NCBI GenBank assembly: GCA_003427395.1
Contig: BFEA01000012.1
Span: 4,487,762 to 4,540,812 of the forward strand
Reading direction: 5' to 3'
Length of the DNA: 53,051 nt
Source: Chara braunii
Lineage: Eukaryota; Plantae; Charophyceae
Made by a program: the position numbers and the translations under genes. The notes under the pieces are model-generated. The model worked only from the letters and a program-made list of their open reading frames with translations. It was not told the origin of the DNA and made no database searches. Each line of letters begins with the position of its first letter. Position 1 is the first letter of the stretch. Below are positions 23,411-35,738 of the stretch, piece by piece.

Positions 23411-26400
23411 TCAACCCTCAAGGTTTTTCAAAAAAAAAAAGTGGGGGGAAAAGAGAGGGGAAGGAGGAAAGAATGGTGTGAGAAAGAAGAGGAGAAGATT
23501 ATCACCCCGAGCGCATATTGGAAATACGTCGAGCAAAGCAGATGCAAGCAGGGAGAGGAAAAACAAGTACGTGTCCTCCTCCAGATAACACATCTTCAAA
23601 GGAAAGGACACATCGCGACAACTTTCTGAGCAAATGACAAATCGAGAAATGTCAAGGGCATGGTAAGATATTATTTCAGTAGATCCCACCTTTACAATTT
23701 TTAGCAAGTAGATAATATCAGTTTGGTTTACGATAACCCTCAAAGCAACATTTCTCATCTGATCAAGGAAGGGTTGAAAAATCTCATACTCATCCAAGGT
23801 AGAGAAAATTTGTTTTGAGACTCACAAAGTTCCCTCAGTTTTTTTTTTTTTTTTTTGTCTTTTATAACCCCAATCGTTAGTTGCTAAATTGAACCTGACA
23901 TTATCACTCACGAACTTGTAAGGTATTAAGGAGGGGGTCCAAAATCTTAAATTGATGTTAAAAGGTAACAAGGAATATAGACTTTAGTCTTACACTTATG
24001 TCTTTTTTTTTTCTTTTTCTTTACCCATGATAGCAATGACATCTATAAGAGACATCCAATCCCTTCGATCCTCAAAGTTGTTAATGGTTAAAAAGTTAGG
24101 AAGTCTCTCAAATTGCATTACTTGCAATCTCCAAGTCACTCTCCTCTGAAACTTCCCAAGCCACTATGTTATCCTTATAAGATTTATGTAGGTTCCTCTC
24201 AAACATTCCAAGTAATTAGTTTCTTTGTATAACTTTGCAAGAGTATAAATTATCACATTTAGACAGTTAGTTTTGAGGAATTTAATCGCAAGAATATAAA
24301 ATATTATATGATATCTTTTGCAGATTCTGTGTCTCTCGATTACAAAAGGATTGTTATCTCAGTTACTTTATTAAACCAACCTCTTACAGTTATCACTGTT
24401 CGTATTAAAATAAATTCTTAATCATCAAGATTTTCAATCATCACCGGTTGTTCAATAATTAATGAATCCAAGATGTCAAAACGATGCTTAAAGGAATCAA
24501 AGATTAAAGACTTTAGTTTCAGAACCAAAATTCTGTTTTTTGCTTCTCCCACTTCAGTTATTACTTCTAAAAAAGGCATACAATCTCTTCTATCATCAAA
24601 GTCGTTCATGGTTTGGAAATTAGGCAACCTGTCAAATTATTTGATCCGTGATCCCCATGTTACCTTTTTGTTCAACTTTTTCGTTAAACTTCTTACGCTT
24701 ATGACATAGTCATCAACTCCTCTTCAACATTCTAAATAATATGCACCCTCTTTCAGTTTAGAAGGAACATATATTATTACATCATATTCATTAGTCTTGG
24801 TAAATTTGACCATAGGAATATACAGTGTCATGTGACCCTTCTTGCAAACAACGTACCTTAAGGTTTAAAAAAAATTATCAACCCCTACTACTTTATTCAA
24901 CCGACCTCTCATAATTGATATCTTTGTAATTGACATGAAGTCTCAAGATCTTTGTGATCTCTTCACCTTTCAAACAAAATCCACCATACTCGCATTAGAA
25001 GATGAAATCCCTTTAGAGGAGAAAAAAGTATCATTGAGAAAGGTTTAACATGAATACTCCAGGTAAAGCTTTTTTTTTTTTTTTCAAGCCTTATACTTTC
25101 TTTTAACACCTATTAGCATCACGTTCCCAACATATGCCATATTCACAGCTTCCAAGTATTTCTTGAGATACATATATTATGACATCATACTCATTGAGCT
25201 CAATGAAATGAAAAGTCAAGACATACAAGCTTTTGTATTCTTATCCACTTTCCTCAGTGCTTCATACTTCACCACTTCATAAGGGAATACTTATTTTTCC
25301 CCCAATGAAGTTATAAAATTCAGCAGTGTCTAGGTCTCCTCCTCACTCAATCTTTCATTTGTTCTTCCTGATCGTACCAAATAGTCACTCTCAGCGTTGT
25401 ACTCATCAGTGTCCTTAAAACCTTTTGACTCTCAAGACAAAGTTCATAATGACTGCCTAATTGTCCCTTTCAAGTTAATGTCACTCAGAGGAGTAAAAAA
25501 TTCTTCAAAGGTAGTAACATGAGTGGATGAGGAGTAAAAAATCTTTTAAAAGTGGTAGCATGAGTAGATAATGCAAACTATTTTTCTCTTTCTTAATCCT
25601 TTCCTTCTCTTTCATTTCTACATCTTCAACAAAGCTCCAACACCTTCCATAAATAAATTTTGAACTTCTTTCTTTAGGGATATATGTCCTGAGACTGTAC
25701 TCATAAAGCTTAAGAAAACAACAAGTCAAAATATATAATAGTCCTCCCCCTCATCCGTTCTCTATACTGCATACTTGACGACCTTATATAAGATTACTTC
25801 TCTCTTACTTAAGGAATTTAATGATTTCAATAAACTTTCAGTCTTTTATTTATTTGGTCATGAAACTCTTTCAAATTATGACCTTCGGTGTTTAATTTCC
25901 TCCGCAGATACTTTTGTTGATCTCATGGTAATCTATGCAGTTCATCTCTCTTCAATACCATATTAATGACAAAGAATCAGATGCTCTCATCACAATAATT
26001 ACCAAGACGAGGAGGAATAGACACCAAGTCACAGGTCACTGACATCAAACTTCATTCCACTTTCTTCTTCAGTCTAATCAAGTTTCCCATCGCATCATAG
26101 ATGAATTGAATGACAATATCATAACCAATTGAAGGTTATATCATCATTGCATTTTTCTTTCTTGACATAGGGACGAATGCCATCGATGTCGCCTTCCAAA
26201 AAGTGTACCAGCCTGAGCACCACACAAATTGTTGGATTGCCTGAGTGATAGGTCTAACAATGCTTGCACTGATAATAAAAATATATTCCTGATGGTGAAC
26301 TTTTAAAGTTCATTCAGTGCATCTCTAACCAACATTTATGATAAAAAAGTTTTTTGCTTTAAACTAACTCTTTTATTTTTCAGTTTTCAAAGATATCAAT

Positions 26401-26527
26401 ATCTCATAGACATACATTTGATTAAGTTTAATTCTCTTAATGAAATAATATCAATCTACTTCTCCAAGTTCAATATAGCACCTCACATGACAAAAGATTA
26501 AACACAATTAGTAACTCTTGCTTTCAT
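23411..26527 (-). pseudogene. Long decayed AT-rich coding region of unknown product
   Basis: Minus-strand frames read as complex protein across scattered stops and frameshifts (MKARV... at 26527; YYQCKHC*TYHSGNPT...; LRYVVCKKGHMTLYIPMVKF... running into the 24418-24627 ORF); no family recognised. Confidence 0.4.
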
Positions 26528-27099
26528 GATCTTTGACTGAATGAAAATAGAATGATAAATCTGATAATTAAAAGATTGTCAATAGTTCTTATGTCCTAAC
26601 CAAAGCTCAAAGACTGGTGTTAACCCAGACTCGTGCTAGACATATAAATTTTTTATTTTCCAATTAACAACATTATTTTTATCACACTTTTTCTCATTCA
26701 GACCATTTATGGTGACCGGAAAGACAATAGGTCGTCACGCAGGATTTTTATGATTTTTGCAATAAATAAATAAAATTATTAATTCAAATCGCTTCCTGTT
26801 GTGTGCGTCCGGCTTTGGGCAAAACTCATCGATTACGGTCTATGTCGGTCCCCTGTCTTAATAGGAAGCCTTAATTAATTTGGTTCAGAACAATAATGAT
26901 CATGCAAATAAATAAAATTAAAATCAAATACATCATATGCATATCATAATTTTCAATTAAAAAATTTGAGAACTGACAAAACCATCAAAGAACATAACAT
27001 CAAGTAGTGTCAATAAAGACAAATCAACACTGACCGACTCAATGCAAAAACAAGGTGGATGAAGGAAGGTGAAAGATCACAATAGTCTAAAGAGTACAA

Positions 27100-27665
27100 C
27101 GTGAAAGACATGAGCGGCATTATAAGTTTCAACTCTCACTCCTTACTACTCTCGGTCTCATCCTCAATCTCAGTCTCTTATGGCGTCGAATATCATGCCT
27201 CTGTATCTCTTAAGGTGGTGACATAGGAATGAACTGTTACCTAAGACCATCGACATCTGAGAAATGTAAGTCGAAAAAGCAAGGAGCTTAACGTCTCTCC
27301 ATGCACAGTACTCCTCTCATACTGAAGGAATATATGACATAGAGAAGATCCCTCTTCTCAAATTACCAAACCCATATGATTTTGTCAATGCTTCAATGTC
27401 TCGCTCGATTGAATAGATGTACTTCTTTGCTAAGTCCACGAAGATTCTCTAGTAAGAATCATCACAACTACTGAACGAAATAAGAGGACTTAGATAAACT
27501 GCATACTACTTAGGACCGAGGCACTTCTCCTTTTCAGACTCAAGGTTAACAACACGTTCATTAAGATAAGTTGCAGCAACAGTCAACATTGAGTCAAAGC
27601 ATTCATGAGTCTCCTTTCCTCTCTTGATGTAGGTCTCATATCGTACACTGATGTTTGAATGAATT
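27100..27665 (-). pseudogene. Second decayed ORF fragment of unknown product
   Basis: Frame of ORF 27506-27796 (SVRYETYIKRGKETHECFDSML...) continues past single stops (YAVYLSPLISF...RIFVDLAKKYIYSIERDIEAL). Confidence 0.35.
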
Positions 27666-27689
27666 GGGTAAGAACCAGTATTGTCAGGC

Positions 27690-27940
27690 AGGGATCCTCG
27701 GGGGCCGAGATGCGGTGGGGGTTGCGGGGACCCCTGGAACCCGCCCCCGCCCATCCCCCCCCCCCCCTTGCCCAACCCTGTCACCCCTGCCCTCATCCCT
27801 TCAGCCCCGCCCCCATCCCTTCACCCCCGCCTCCATCCCTTCACCCCCGCCCCCATCCCTTCACCCCCGCACACCGGCCCCTGAACCTCCGCCCCCGCCC
27901 CCGACTACGCCCCCGTTCCCACGCCCCACCACGACCCAAC
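27690..27940. repeat. C-rich tract with ~20-bp tandem units (CCCCATCCCTTCACCCCCGC)
   Basis: Three near-identical units at ~27810-27870; G-quadruplex-prone on the minus strand. Confidence 0.8.
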
Positions 27941-29433
27941 TGTCAGCTTGAATACCCTTACAAGGGTACCTGCCCTTGTTTTTACAAGTGACAGAGATGA
28001 GACTTGGATTGAAGATTGGAACCTTTGAATACGTGTGGTCGGTTTTCCGATGGTCAACGGTGTGGTTAAATAGTACGACAAAGCAGAGAGTGTGTGGACG
28101 CGCAAATTCCAGGTGCGAGTGAATTCTTTTTGATATGTCGTAAACCGACATTTGTTTTGCTGGAAATGTTTACTTTGATAAAATTAGGATTAAACGATCT
28201 CTTCGTTTAGTTGGTATGTCTGTTTGTGAGGTGTATGCATGCGAGGAAACGAAATTGCAGTAGCCAGCGTTAGGTTTGAGTACTGGTGCCACGGTTAAAA
28301 GTAATTACCTTGGCTTTTATTTAATGCGATGTTGGAGCCTGCGTAGTACGTAGTGCAATAGGGCGCCTCATTGTGTTTTGCCCGCCAATAAGAAATCTTC
28401 CGCAGTTCTGGTGACGGCGTGCATAAACAGATTCCAGCATAGACAAGGGTCGAGTTTTCGTCATTAAAATAGTGAAAGTGCAGTTCTGAAAAGGTGACCA
28501 CGTGTGGGGGTCAGGGCCGACAATGGGGCGACCCTTGTGTGGAAAAAAGGTGCGTGCGATAAACGGGTTGAGGTAGTAAAGGTACGACTTTGGAAGGTGG
28601 CTTCTTGTGTGAGCCTGGAGCAACGATGGTGTGACTTTGTGTGATAGGTGGTATGTGTGATGATTATGGGTAAAACCAGGCCTCCGTGCAGCAAAAGTGG
28701 GAGCACGACGACTATAGCTCAACCGGCAGGCCAAAGGTTTGGACTGGGGGAGTCTTATAATGAAGACAAGTTCCCTTTATACTTTACGACCTTGGACTTT
28801 CGACTTGTTGACATGGGGATCGAGGTCAACAGGCGCCGTCGAATGAGCGATGGAGCAGCTTGAAGAGAACCAAGGGGTTGAAGGTCTGGCGGGACTATCC
28901 CTCTTGTTTTGATGTTGACCCCGACCTTTGGGTCAAATTGGATGGACCCACGAGATGCGTACAGTCTCTCCCTCTCTCCTCCGTTGTCCCGACCTTTTTT
29001 ATTTAAAAGTTTCATTTTTGTGACCGAATCAATACCAGTACCGGTGTCGGTTCTGGAACCGGTGATGAAACTAACAGGACCGACTCAATTGCTACACTGC
29101 ACCTGAACTATCAAAATACAGACCTAAGTTTGGATTTCACTATAAGCAAATGAGTAAACGAGTCTCAGTCCTTCGGGACATCCGTTAAAATTTGAGCGAT
29201 ATAGAGGAGATAAGCATTGCCCTTGTGCAAGGGTGGCGTGCCTGAATCAGAGCAGGATCCATATTTTGGTCACCACGATTGCCTCGCTCCCCTCCTTGAT
29301 CCTGGTCGGCTCCAAATGTACTCGAGTGTTGGAATAGACTACGTATGTAGTTAGGGGCATTATTGAGACGAGTAGGCCCGATGATATCGGGGCGATGTTG
29401 CTTACTATGAGTACGTGAGGTACTCTGGTACGT
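27941..29433 (+). mobile_element. Copy D (more diverged) of the TGTC-terminus family, interrupted by copy B
   Basis: Starts TGTCAGCTTGAATACCCTTACAAGGGTACC; contains a tRNA-like remnant (~28780-28840) and a U6 copy; probably resumes at 36781. Confidence 0.65.
29168..29268 (+). pseudogene. U6: U6 snRNA-derived copy (diverged) in element D
   Basis: GTCCTTCGGGACATCCGTTAAAATTTGAGCGATATAGAGGAGATAAGCATTGCCCTTGTGCAAGG...CCATATTTTT; ACAGAGA box mutated; TATAAG at about -27. Confidence 0.85.
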
Positions 29434-29935
29434 TGTCGGTGTGAATACCCTTATAAGGGTATCCTCCTTGTTTTTTGCAAGAAACAAAAAATAAGTTTGG
29501 TTTAAAATTTGAGTACACCGCGCAAGTCGAGGTTGTGTTTCAATTACGCTGACTAAGTGGCTGACTAGGAATAGAGAGTGTGTGAGCGCGCAGACTTAAG
29601 ACGCGCGAGATCTCTCTTTTCTGATGATTGTGAAGCCAGCATGGTTACCAACCAAAATGTTTGTTTTTTATTTAAATTAGGATTGCAAGATTTCATCTTT
29701 TTATTGGTACGTTTAACCGCGGCATGTGCGCTCGTACAGAGGACGACATTGACGAAAATGCGACTTTGAGTAAAGTCAGAGTATGCGAAGGAATAGGTGT
29801 GCGGAAGGCGTGGAGCTTGGCGGCCGTGGATTTAGTGGATAAGTCGAGGTATGGCTTTGATACGTTTCAATAGGCCCTCGCGCCTTATGATACCCAGTTA
29901 TATAGTTTGCCGCTAGTGGTAGGCTTAGCCTTGGG

Positions 29936-30007
29936 CCTAACATTATTGGTTATGGTGTCGGACTTTCATCTGGGAGATTCAGGGATTGAGGCCAATAGGC
30001 GACGACG
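29936..30007 (+). pseudogene. tRNA-Glu-like remnant in element B
   Basis: TGGTTATGGTGTCGGACTTTCATCTGGGAGATTCAGGGATTGA, orthologous to the remnants in A, C (~38358-38425) and F. Confidence 0.5.
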
Positions 30008-30237
30008 CAGGATATAACGGATCAGCGTGAAGGGACCGAGGGGTTGAGGAGCCTTCGAGGTGATCCCGCATGGTTTTGGCTGACCTACAGGGCCGAGGTT
30101 GCCCTTCATTTTTCATCCGGCTATTTGCCTATACTGTGGGGATTATTAATTTTTATTATATTAATGTTATTTGTTGTTTATCTTCTTTAAAGCAAGGCGT
30201 GGTGCCGTGTTTTAGGGGCGCCCAACCTGATCATCCA

Positions 30238-30309
30238 CGATCTGCTGTGAGAGATTTGAGTGTGAGCATGCTGCTGGGGCCCAAAAGATGGTGGACTATT
30301 GCCCGGGGC
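30238..30309 (+). pseudogene. Decayed 28S rRNA fragment (sense) in B
   Basis: GATCTGCTGTGAGAGATTTGAGTGTGAGCATGCTGCTGGGGCCCAAAAGATGGTGGACTAT versus LSU GATCTTCTGTGAAGGGTTCGAGTGTGAGCATGCCTGTCGGGACCCGAAAGATGGTGAACTAT. Confidence 0.8.
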
Positions 30310-30349
30310 ACTACAGGGAGACCGCAGCAAACGCTGTGGCAAGCTGCAG

Positions 30350-30490
30350 GTCACATGGAACCCTTCTCCACATCGGTCTTCGAAGTTCTCAGTTGAGTGT
30401 CTACTACTACCACCGAGATTTGCGTCGAGACCCGCTTCGCCAAAATGCGCGTTACAGGTTTCAAGTTGCGGCAGATCGCACCCGCGACTC
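30350..30490 (-). pseudogene. Decayed 28S rRNA fragment (opposite orientation) in B
   Basis: TCACATGGAACCCTTCTCCACATCGGTCTTCGAAGTTCTCAGTTGAGTGTCTACTACTACCACCGAGATTTGC matches the reverse complement of the LSU GCAGATCTTGGTGGTAGTAGCAAATATTCAA region. Confidence 0.8.
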
Positions 30491-30695
30491 CGTGAATCGC
30501 CTATATGTGTGTGAGCATGTCTAGCGTGGCTGGCCCAGAACACTCAGGCAAGGGGGTCTGAGACTGGTATCGGTGATTGTACCAGTCTTCCCAGCCCAAT
30601 TGGTATGCCCATGGGCAGTAAAAAACAGAAACGGAGCTTAGACCAGGAGGTTGCCTAGCCTCCAGGAAGCGCCATGGGGCATGGGCCCACGTGAA

Positions 30696-30803
30696 GTTCT
30701 TCGGGACATCCGTTAAAATTGGAACGATACAGAAAAGGTTAGCGTGGTCCCTGCGCAAGAATGACACGCATAAATTGAGATAAGCAGACACCTCCTTTTT
30801 TTT
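30696..30803 (+). pseudogene. U6: U6 snRNA-derived copy in element B
   Basis: GTTCTTCGGGACATCCGTTAAAATTGGAACGATACAGAAAAGGTTAGCGTGGTCCCTGCGCAAGAATGACACGCATAAATTGAGA followed by a T-run; ACAGAGA is changed to ACAGAAA. Confidence 0.92.
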
Positions 30804-33024
30804 GTTATTTTCTTCTACTCGTTATTTTTCTTCCTACGAGGCCATTCCTGTCGGATCGATCTCGCTATCTGCATTATGTGAACAAGAGGGAGAGTTGACC
30901 TCAACAAACACGAAGGGAAAAATAAGCAGTGTGGGAGTGAAAATTGTTTGGCTTACCCGTTTCCTAACGATAACGAGCGAAGGAGGAGTTGAAATGGGGG
31001 TTCGGGGGTATGGCAGACTGAATGGCGGAGTCGGAAGTGGGGTTAAGAAAAATGACGAAGAGGTATATTGGAAAAGGAGTGTGTGGAGCGAGTCGAATGT
31101 GACGAAGAGTAGAATGAGAAGGAGTTGGAGTTTACCTGATCTTCGATAAAATTGAGTTGGTAAAGAATCGATTTCTGGTGTTTTGACACATGGCGGGTGG
31201 AACAATAGTGTTAGATTCGACATAGAGGCGATTGTCTGGCCGTTGGGGGTAATATAGCCTGTGCGAGGAGTTTGGTCATGTACCTGGCCCCGTTCTAGCA
31301 GAGGGTTCATTCGTACCGTTGAATGCTAGAGAAGGAGGGAATACTTACCGCTGAAAGCCAACGACAAGAGACGGGGTCGTTATTGCGTGGTATTGTAATC
31401 ACCGCTTGGGTGCTTGTCAAAACCGGGATCACTACTTTGTTTATACGTTGGACTGTGATCGCGCCGCTAATAGTAATCGAGCAACTGCTCACTATCTGTT
31501 CCACACGTAACCGCCCATCCAGATTGCAGTTTTATCGCCCATCTCGTGCCCCCCACCGAGTTATGCGCTCACGAGGATGACCGCTATTGCGGTTGTACTT
31601 GACCTCGTAGTCACTATTGGAGCTGCCTGGGTTCTCACTCCTCCGTTGATTTCGATTGCATATAGGTGGGTTGGCCAAGGACACTGAGGCAATAAGGGAT
31701 AGTAGGCGGAGAGGGAGAGGGAGAGGGAGTATCTACCCTGACACGAGAATTTGGCTTGCTTTTTAAGTTGTCGAACTTTTCGGCGTCCAGGTAGCACTCC
31801 TTGCATCCCATGTTTTTCAGACATTCCCGTGGTATGCTGGTTAGAGTGGCGTGACTATCTGGTTTCCTACCATTGCTTCTTGTGGTCGTTTTGATACACC
31901 CACTACCTGGTTCATCGTACCAGCAACCGTTTGTTTGTCCCGACGACGAGACCATGCAAGTTTGTGTGTGGATGTTGTGCGTCATAGGACTGTGAATGAC
32001 TCGTTAAATCTGTTACCTGTTTTCGCAGCTTCTTTACTACTGCGACAATCGTCGCAACTGTGGGGTTGTTACTAGGAGTATATCCCAACCCTTGGAAGGG
32101 GGTGCACTTTGGGATAAGAAGTCGTTCTTGGTCTACCACCGAGTTGCTGGAAGACTTAGCTTGCTGAGACAAACACTGCGGTTGCAATCTGCTAAGGTGT
32201 TGATGATGGATGCCCCGCTGTTGTTACTGACAAGCTCAAAGTACATGTTGTTGCGCACGATGCTGCTTAGCCAAGTCACGCCAAGTTTCGTCCGAGCTCC
32301 AAGTAGAACACGGGGGAGGGACGTGCACTATTTGAACATGACCTTTCTGGACTGCGTGACATCGGTTTGGTTAGAGCTAGGAACATAACAATTTGGAGGA
32401 GCGCGATCAGGGTTTTTTCAAGGGAGTCTCTACTGAGAATTGAAAGGTCACCAGAGAGTTAATGGTTGAAGGTTTGACTTCAGTTGACCGAGCTACTCTG
32501 CACTCTGACAGTCATTGTAGGGCCCTTAGGCGTCTGAAGGATTCAAGGCCCTCTTACGCGAGTCTTAGTGCACCTTCTTTGTATTAGAGAAACTGAAACC
32601 TTTTCCTTCTACCCTTCTTATTCTAAGTCTGGTTTGTTGATTCTGAGAGAAAGACGACAAGAGGGATTGAAACCCGTAATCCGTGCCAAGGACTCTGTGG
32701 GAGGTTGTCCCACGGGAGCTCTGCCGGAACCTAGGCGAGGTTCTGGAGGCAGGGAACTGAGTGGTAATCATCATCCCCTTCTATAACCAGTTAAAACCCT
32801 TACCTGTATATCTTTCTATCGTTTGACTGAGTATACTGCATGCATCACTATTGAATATATGTTTGACTTTCTGAACTTAAATCAAAGTTAAGTAAAGGAA
32901 TGCACTAACATGCGCAGTTTGAGTTTCATTTTTGTTGCTTGACTGAATTCAGATTGAAAATGAGTTGTGAATTTGGCGAAGGCGGGAAGGAGGTGGTTTT
33001 CCTTGCGATTGTTTGGGTTAACTA

Positions 33025-33800
33025 GAGACTGGGCTTAGTTTCTAAGTTGAATGACCCGGTGCTTTGTTTATTTTGACTGCTCTAAGGACTAAACTTTGTT
33101 CTAAGTTGGATGATTTGCTTGCTCTGACTTGTGAGGATTGCCTGCGAATGCATTTTCATGGACCAAGTTTTGTTTATAAGTTGAATGGTTTGGTCGCCTT
33201 GATTTATTTTTGGGTTTTCTGAGTGGGACCGAACTTTGTTTCTAAGTTGAATGATTGAGTCTCCCTATATTTCTCTATTGGTTATGAAAAATGAAGTTTG
33301 AGTTTTGTTCCTAAGTTGGATGACTCAATTTTTTTTATTTTTATTTTGAGAGAATCAGGCGAAAGAGCATACTTAGTTTTTAAGTTGAATGGTTTAGTCT
33401 TGAGTAATGCACATGTTGGAACCAAGGAATAATTCTACATATACTCTACTATTATTTTACTTATGAACATGCTAGTCAGACTTTGTTTCTAAGTTGAATG
33501 GTCCGACTATAACTTATCATCATGAAAAAAGTATTAATTAAGAATATTAATTGATGGTAAGATGGGATAGGCTAAACTTTGTCTCTAAGTTGAATGATTC
33601 AGTCCTATGCTACTTTAAAGGACTAAGAGCAAAAAAATATAAACAACTTGATTGCCTAAACAGTTCAGGGCGACTAGACTTCATTTTTAAGTTGAATGAC
33701 CTAGTTATATGCCCAAATAAGTGAAAAGTAGTAGTGCTTTGTGTTTGTGTATATTCAATGCCCAAGCTAGACTTTGTTTCTAAGTTGAATGGTCTAGCTT
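33025..33800. repeat. Array of ~10 constant-loop hairpins (TTTGTTTCTAAGTTGAATG) in element B
   Basis: Example: AAGCTAGAC-TTTGTTTCTAAGTTGAATG-GTCTAGCTT at 33764-33800; units colinear with the array in A. Confidence 0.85.
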
Positions 33801-34761
33801 TACGTCTTATGTAAGCTGGGTATACGGGATAAATCACTGAGAGATTATGAACTATTGTTGACAAGGTTCAACCTTGGGACTGGTGAAAGTATGGACTTAC
33901 ATGTGGCTGAGTGTGAGCTCTACTTCGTCTGAATTTCAGTTTGATAGGTAGTTGCTTTAGTTGTTCACCATGTGCTATAGCTATAGGAGTTAGTTCAATT
34001 CCTACATTTTCTGAGATGACTTTTTTTTACTTAGTTCAATTCTCGCATTTTCTAGGATCATTTATTTCACTTGGCGTTGTATAAATTTGGAAAAATTACT
34101 TTCAATGGAAGACGCTGCCGAAATTTATAAAAAAATAAAAAGTTTATCAAATTTTGGTATTTCAATGTTCAAGTTTTGTCTAAGTTTTATATATGGCTTA
34201 GTAAAAATATGAATTTTTTTTTTTTTCTACGAGAAGTGTTGCCTGAATGTTTGCTAAATCAAGGAGTTAGAGAAAATTTGACTTTGGGCAGTCAGAATCA
34301 TTTCAGGATCCATACTTCGTTTTGTATAAATTTTGGAAATCTAGTTTCTCTACGGGAAGCGTTGCTAAAATTTCTACAAATCTAAGGAGTTAGTTCAATT
34401 TTATCTTGGCATGAAATCAAGTCTTACTTTGATTTTTTATCCAACTTAGTATAAATTTGGGAAGTCTACTTCTTTAAGAGAGATGTTGCCCAAATTTTTA
34501 CCAATTCAAGGTGTTAGATAAAATTTGACTTTCTACAGTTAAAGGTCATTTCAATTTTCATATTCAGACGAGTATAAATTCTCAGAAGACACTTTTCCTA
34601 CGGGAAGCGCTATCGAAATTTTCTTAGTTTATATGAGTTAGGTTATATTATGATAGAAAATATTTTGACGATCTACTATGTATAAAGGAAATGTTGTCAA
34701 AGTCTACCTTTCCCTGAGCACTTGCTTAGAGATAAACTTATACTTACTATGAGAAAATTTT

Positions 34762-35112
34762 GAGTTGTGTAGCACACCGAACATGTTCGGAGCTTTTTCG
34801 AACGTTCAAATATGTTCAAGTGTTCGACCGAACACTTCCCGAACGTGTTCGACCGAACATATTAATATATATATATATATATATATATTGGTTTTTGATT
34901 TTTAATTCGAGTTTGGTTACGAATTTGAGCATACCTCCCAGAAAATAGTTGTTTGTATTATTATTTTATACAACATATATTGTTTTCAGATTTGTTTTAT
35001 ATCTTTTTTTTTTAAATATATTTTTATGCTCGCATTCGGAGGGTTTTGGTGCTCGTTCGCGTTCGGTCGCGAACGTTCGGGTTCGGTCACCAAACCCGAA
35101 CACGATGCTATG
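34762..35112. mobile_element. Short element with CCGAAC repeats and an imperfect 8-bp TSD, nested in B
   Basis: AAAATTTT|GAGTTG...GATGCTATG|CAAATTTT; absent at the orthologous position in A (~8440). Confidence 0.65.
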
Positions 35113-35654
35113 CAAATTTTGAGTAAGAACGTGATATGGGGACTTGTTCTCCATACACTTATAGTCTAGCTTTGGACATTCGCTTATCTTGTGTTACAGG
35201 TCCTCTTTGATCGATTCGATTCAGGACTGAACTATATTCAACTTGATCCCACGAGGATCATCTTCTGTTATCACTGATAATAGGTCGGTTGCCGATTCAT
35301 CAGTTTACGACTTAACTCGAATTCACTCTCGCCACTTAGTCTAAAGACTTTAGCCCCTATGGTTTGAATTGTTTCGTTGGGGTTTTCACCCGGACTTTAT
35401 TGAATGACCATTTAATAAAGATACATAGTATTTTATTATGAAAGGTTGAACAAAGGTTGGGGTTTGTCTGGTTGAAGCAAGGAGTGTGAGCGCAGAGAGT
35501 GTTTGAAGTTGACCCTCTCACTTTTTGGTTGAATCTCTGATGTGATTGCAGGTATGTTTGTGGTTCAGACTCTGGATTTGACTGTCTGCGATCACTGCAC
35601 ATATATACATGGTTGAAGGGAGTCTCACTATGATTGTGAGAAGTGATCGTCTCG

Positions 35655-35670
35655 TATNTATANANNTATN

Positions 35671-35737
<67 letters not shown>

Positions 35738-35738
35738 N
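35655..35738. repeat. (TA)n microsatellite
   Basis: Directly visible. Confidence 0.95.
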
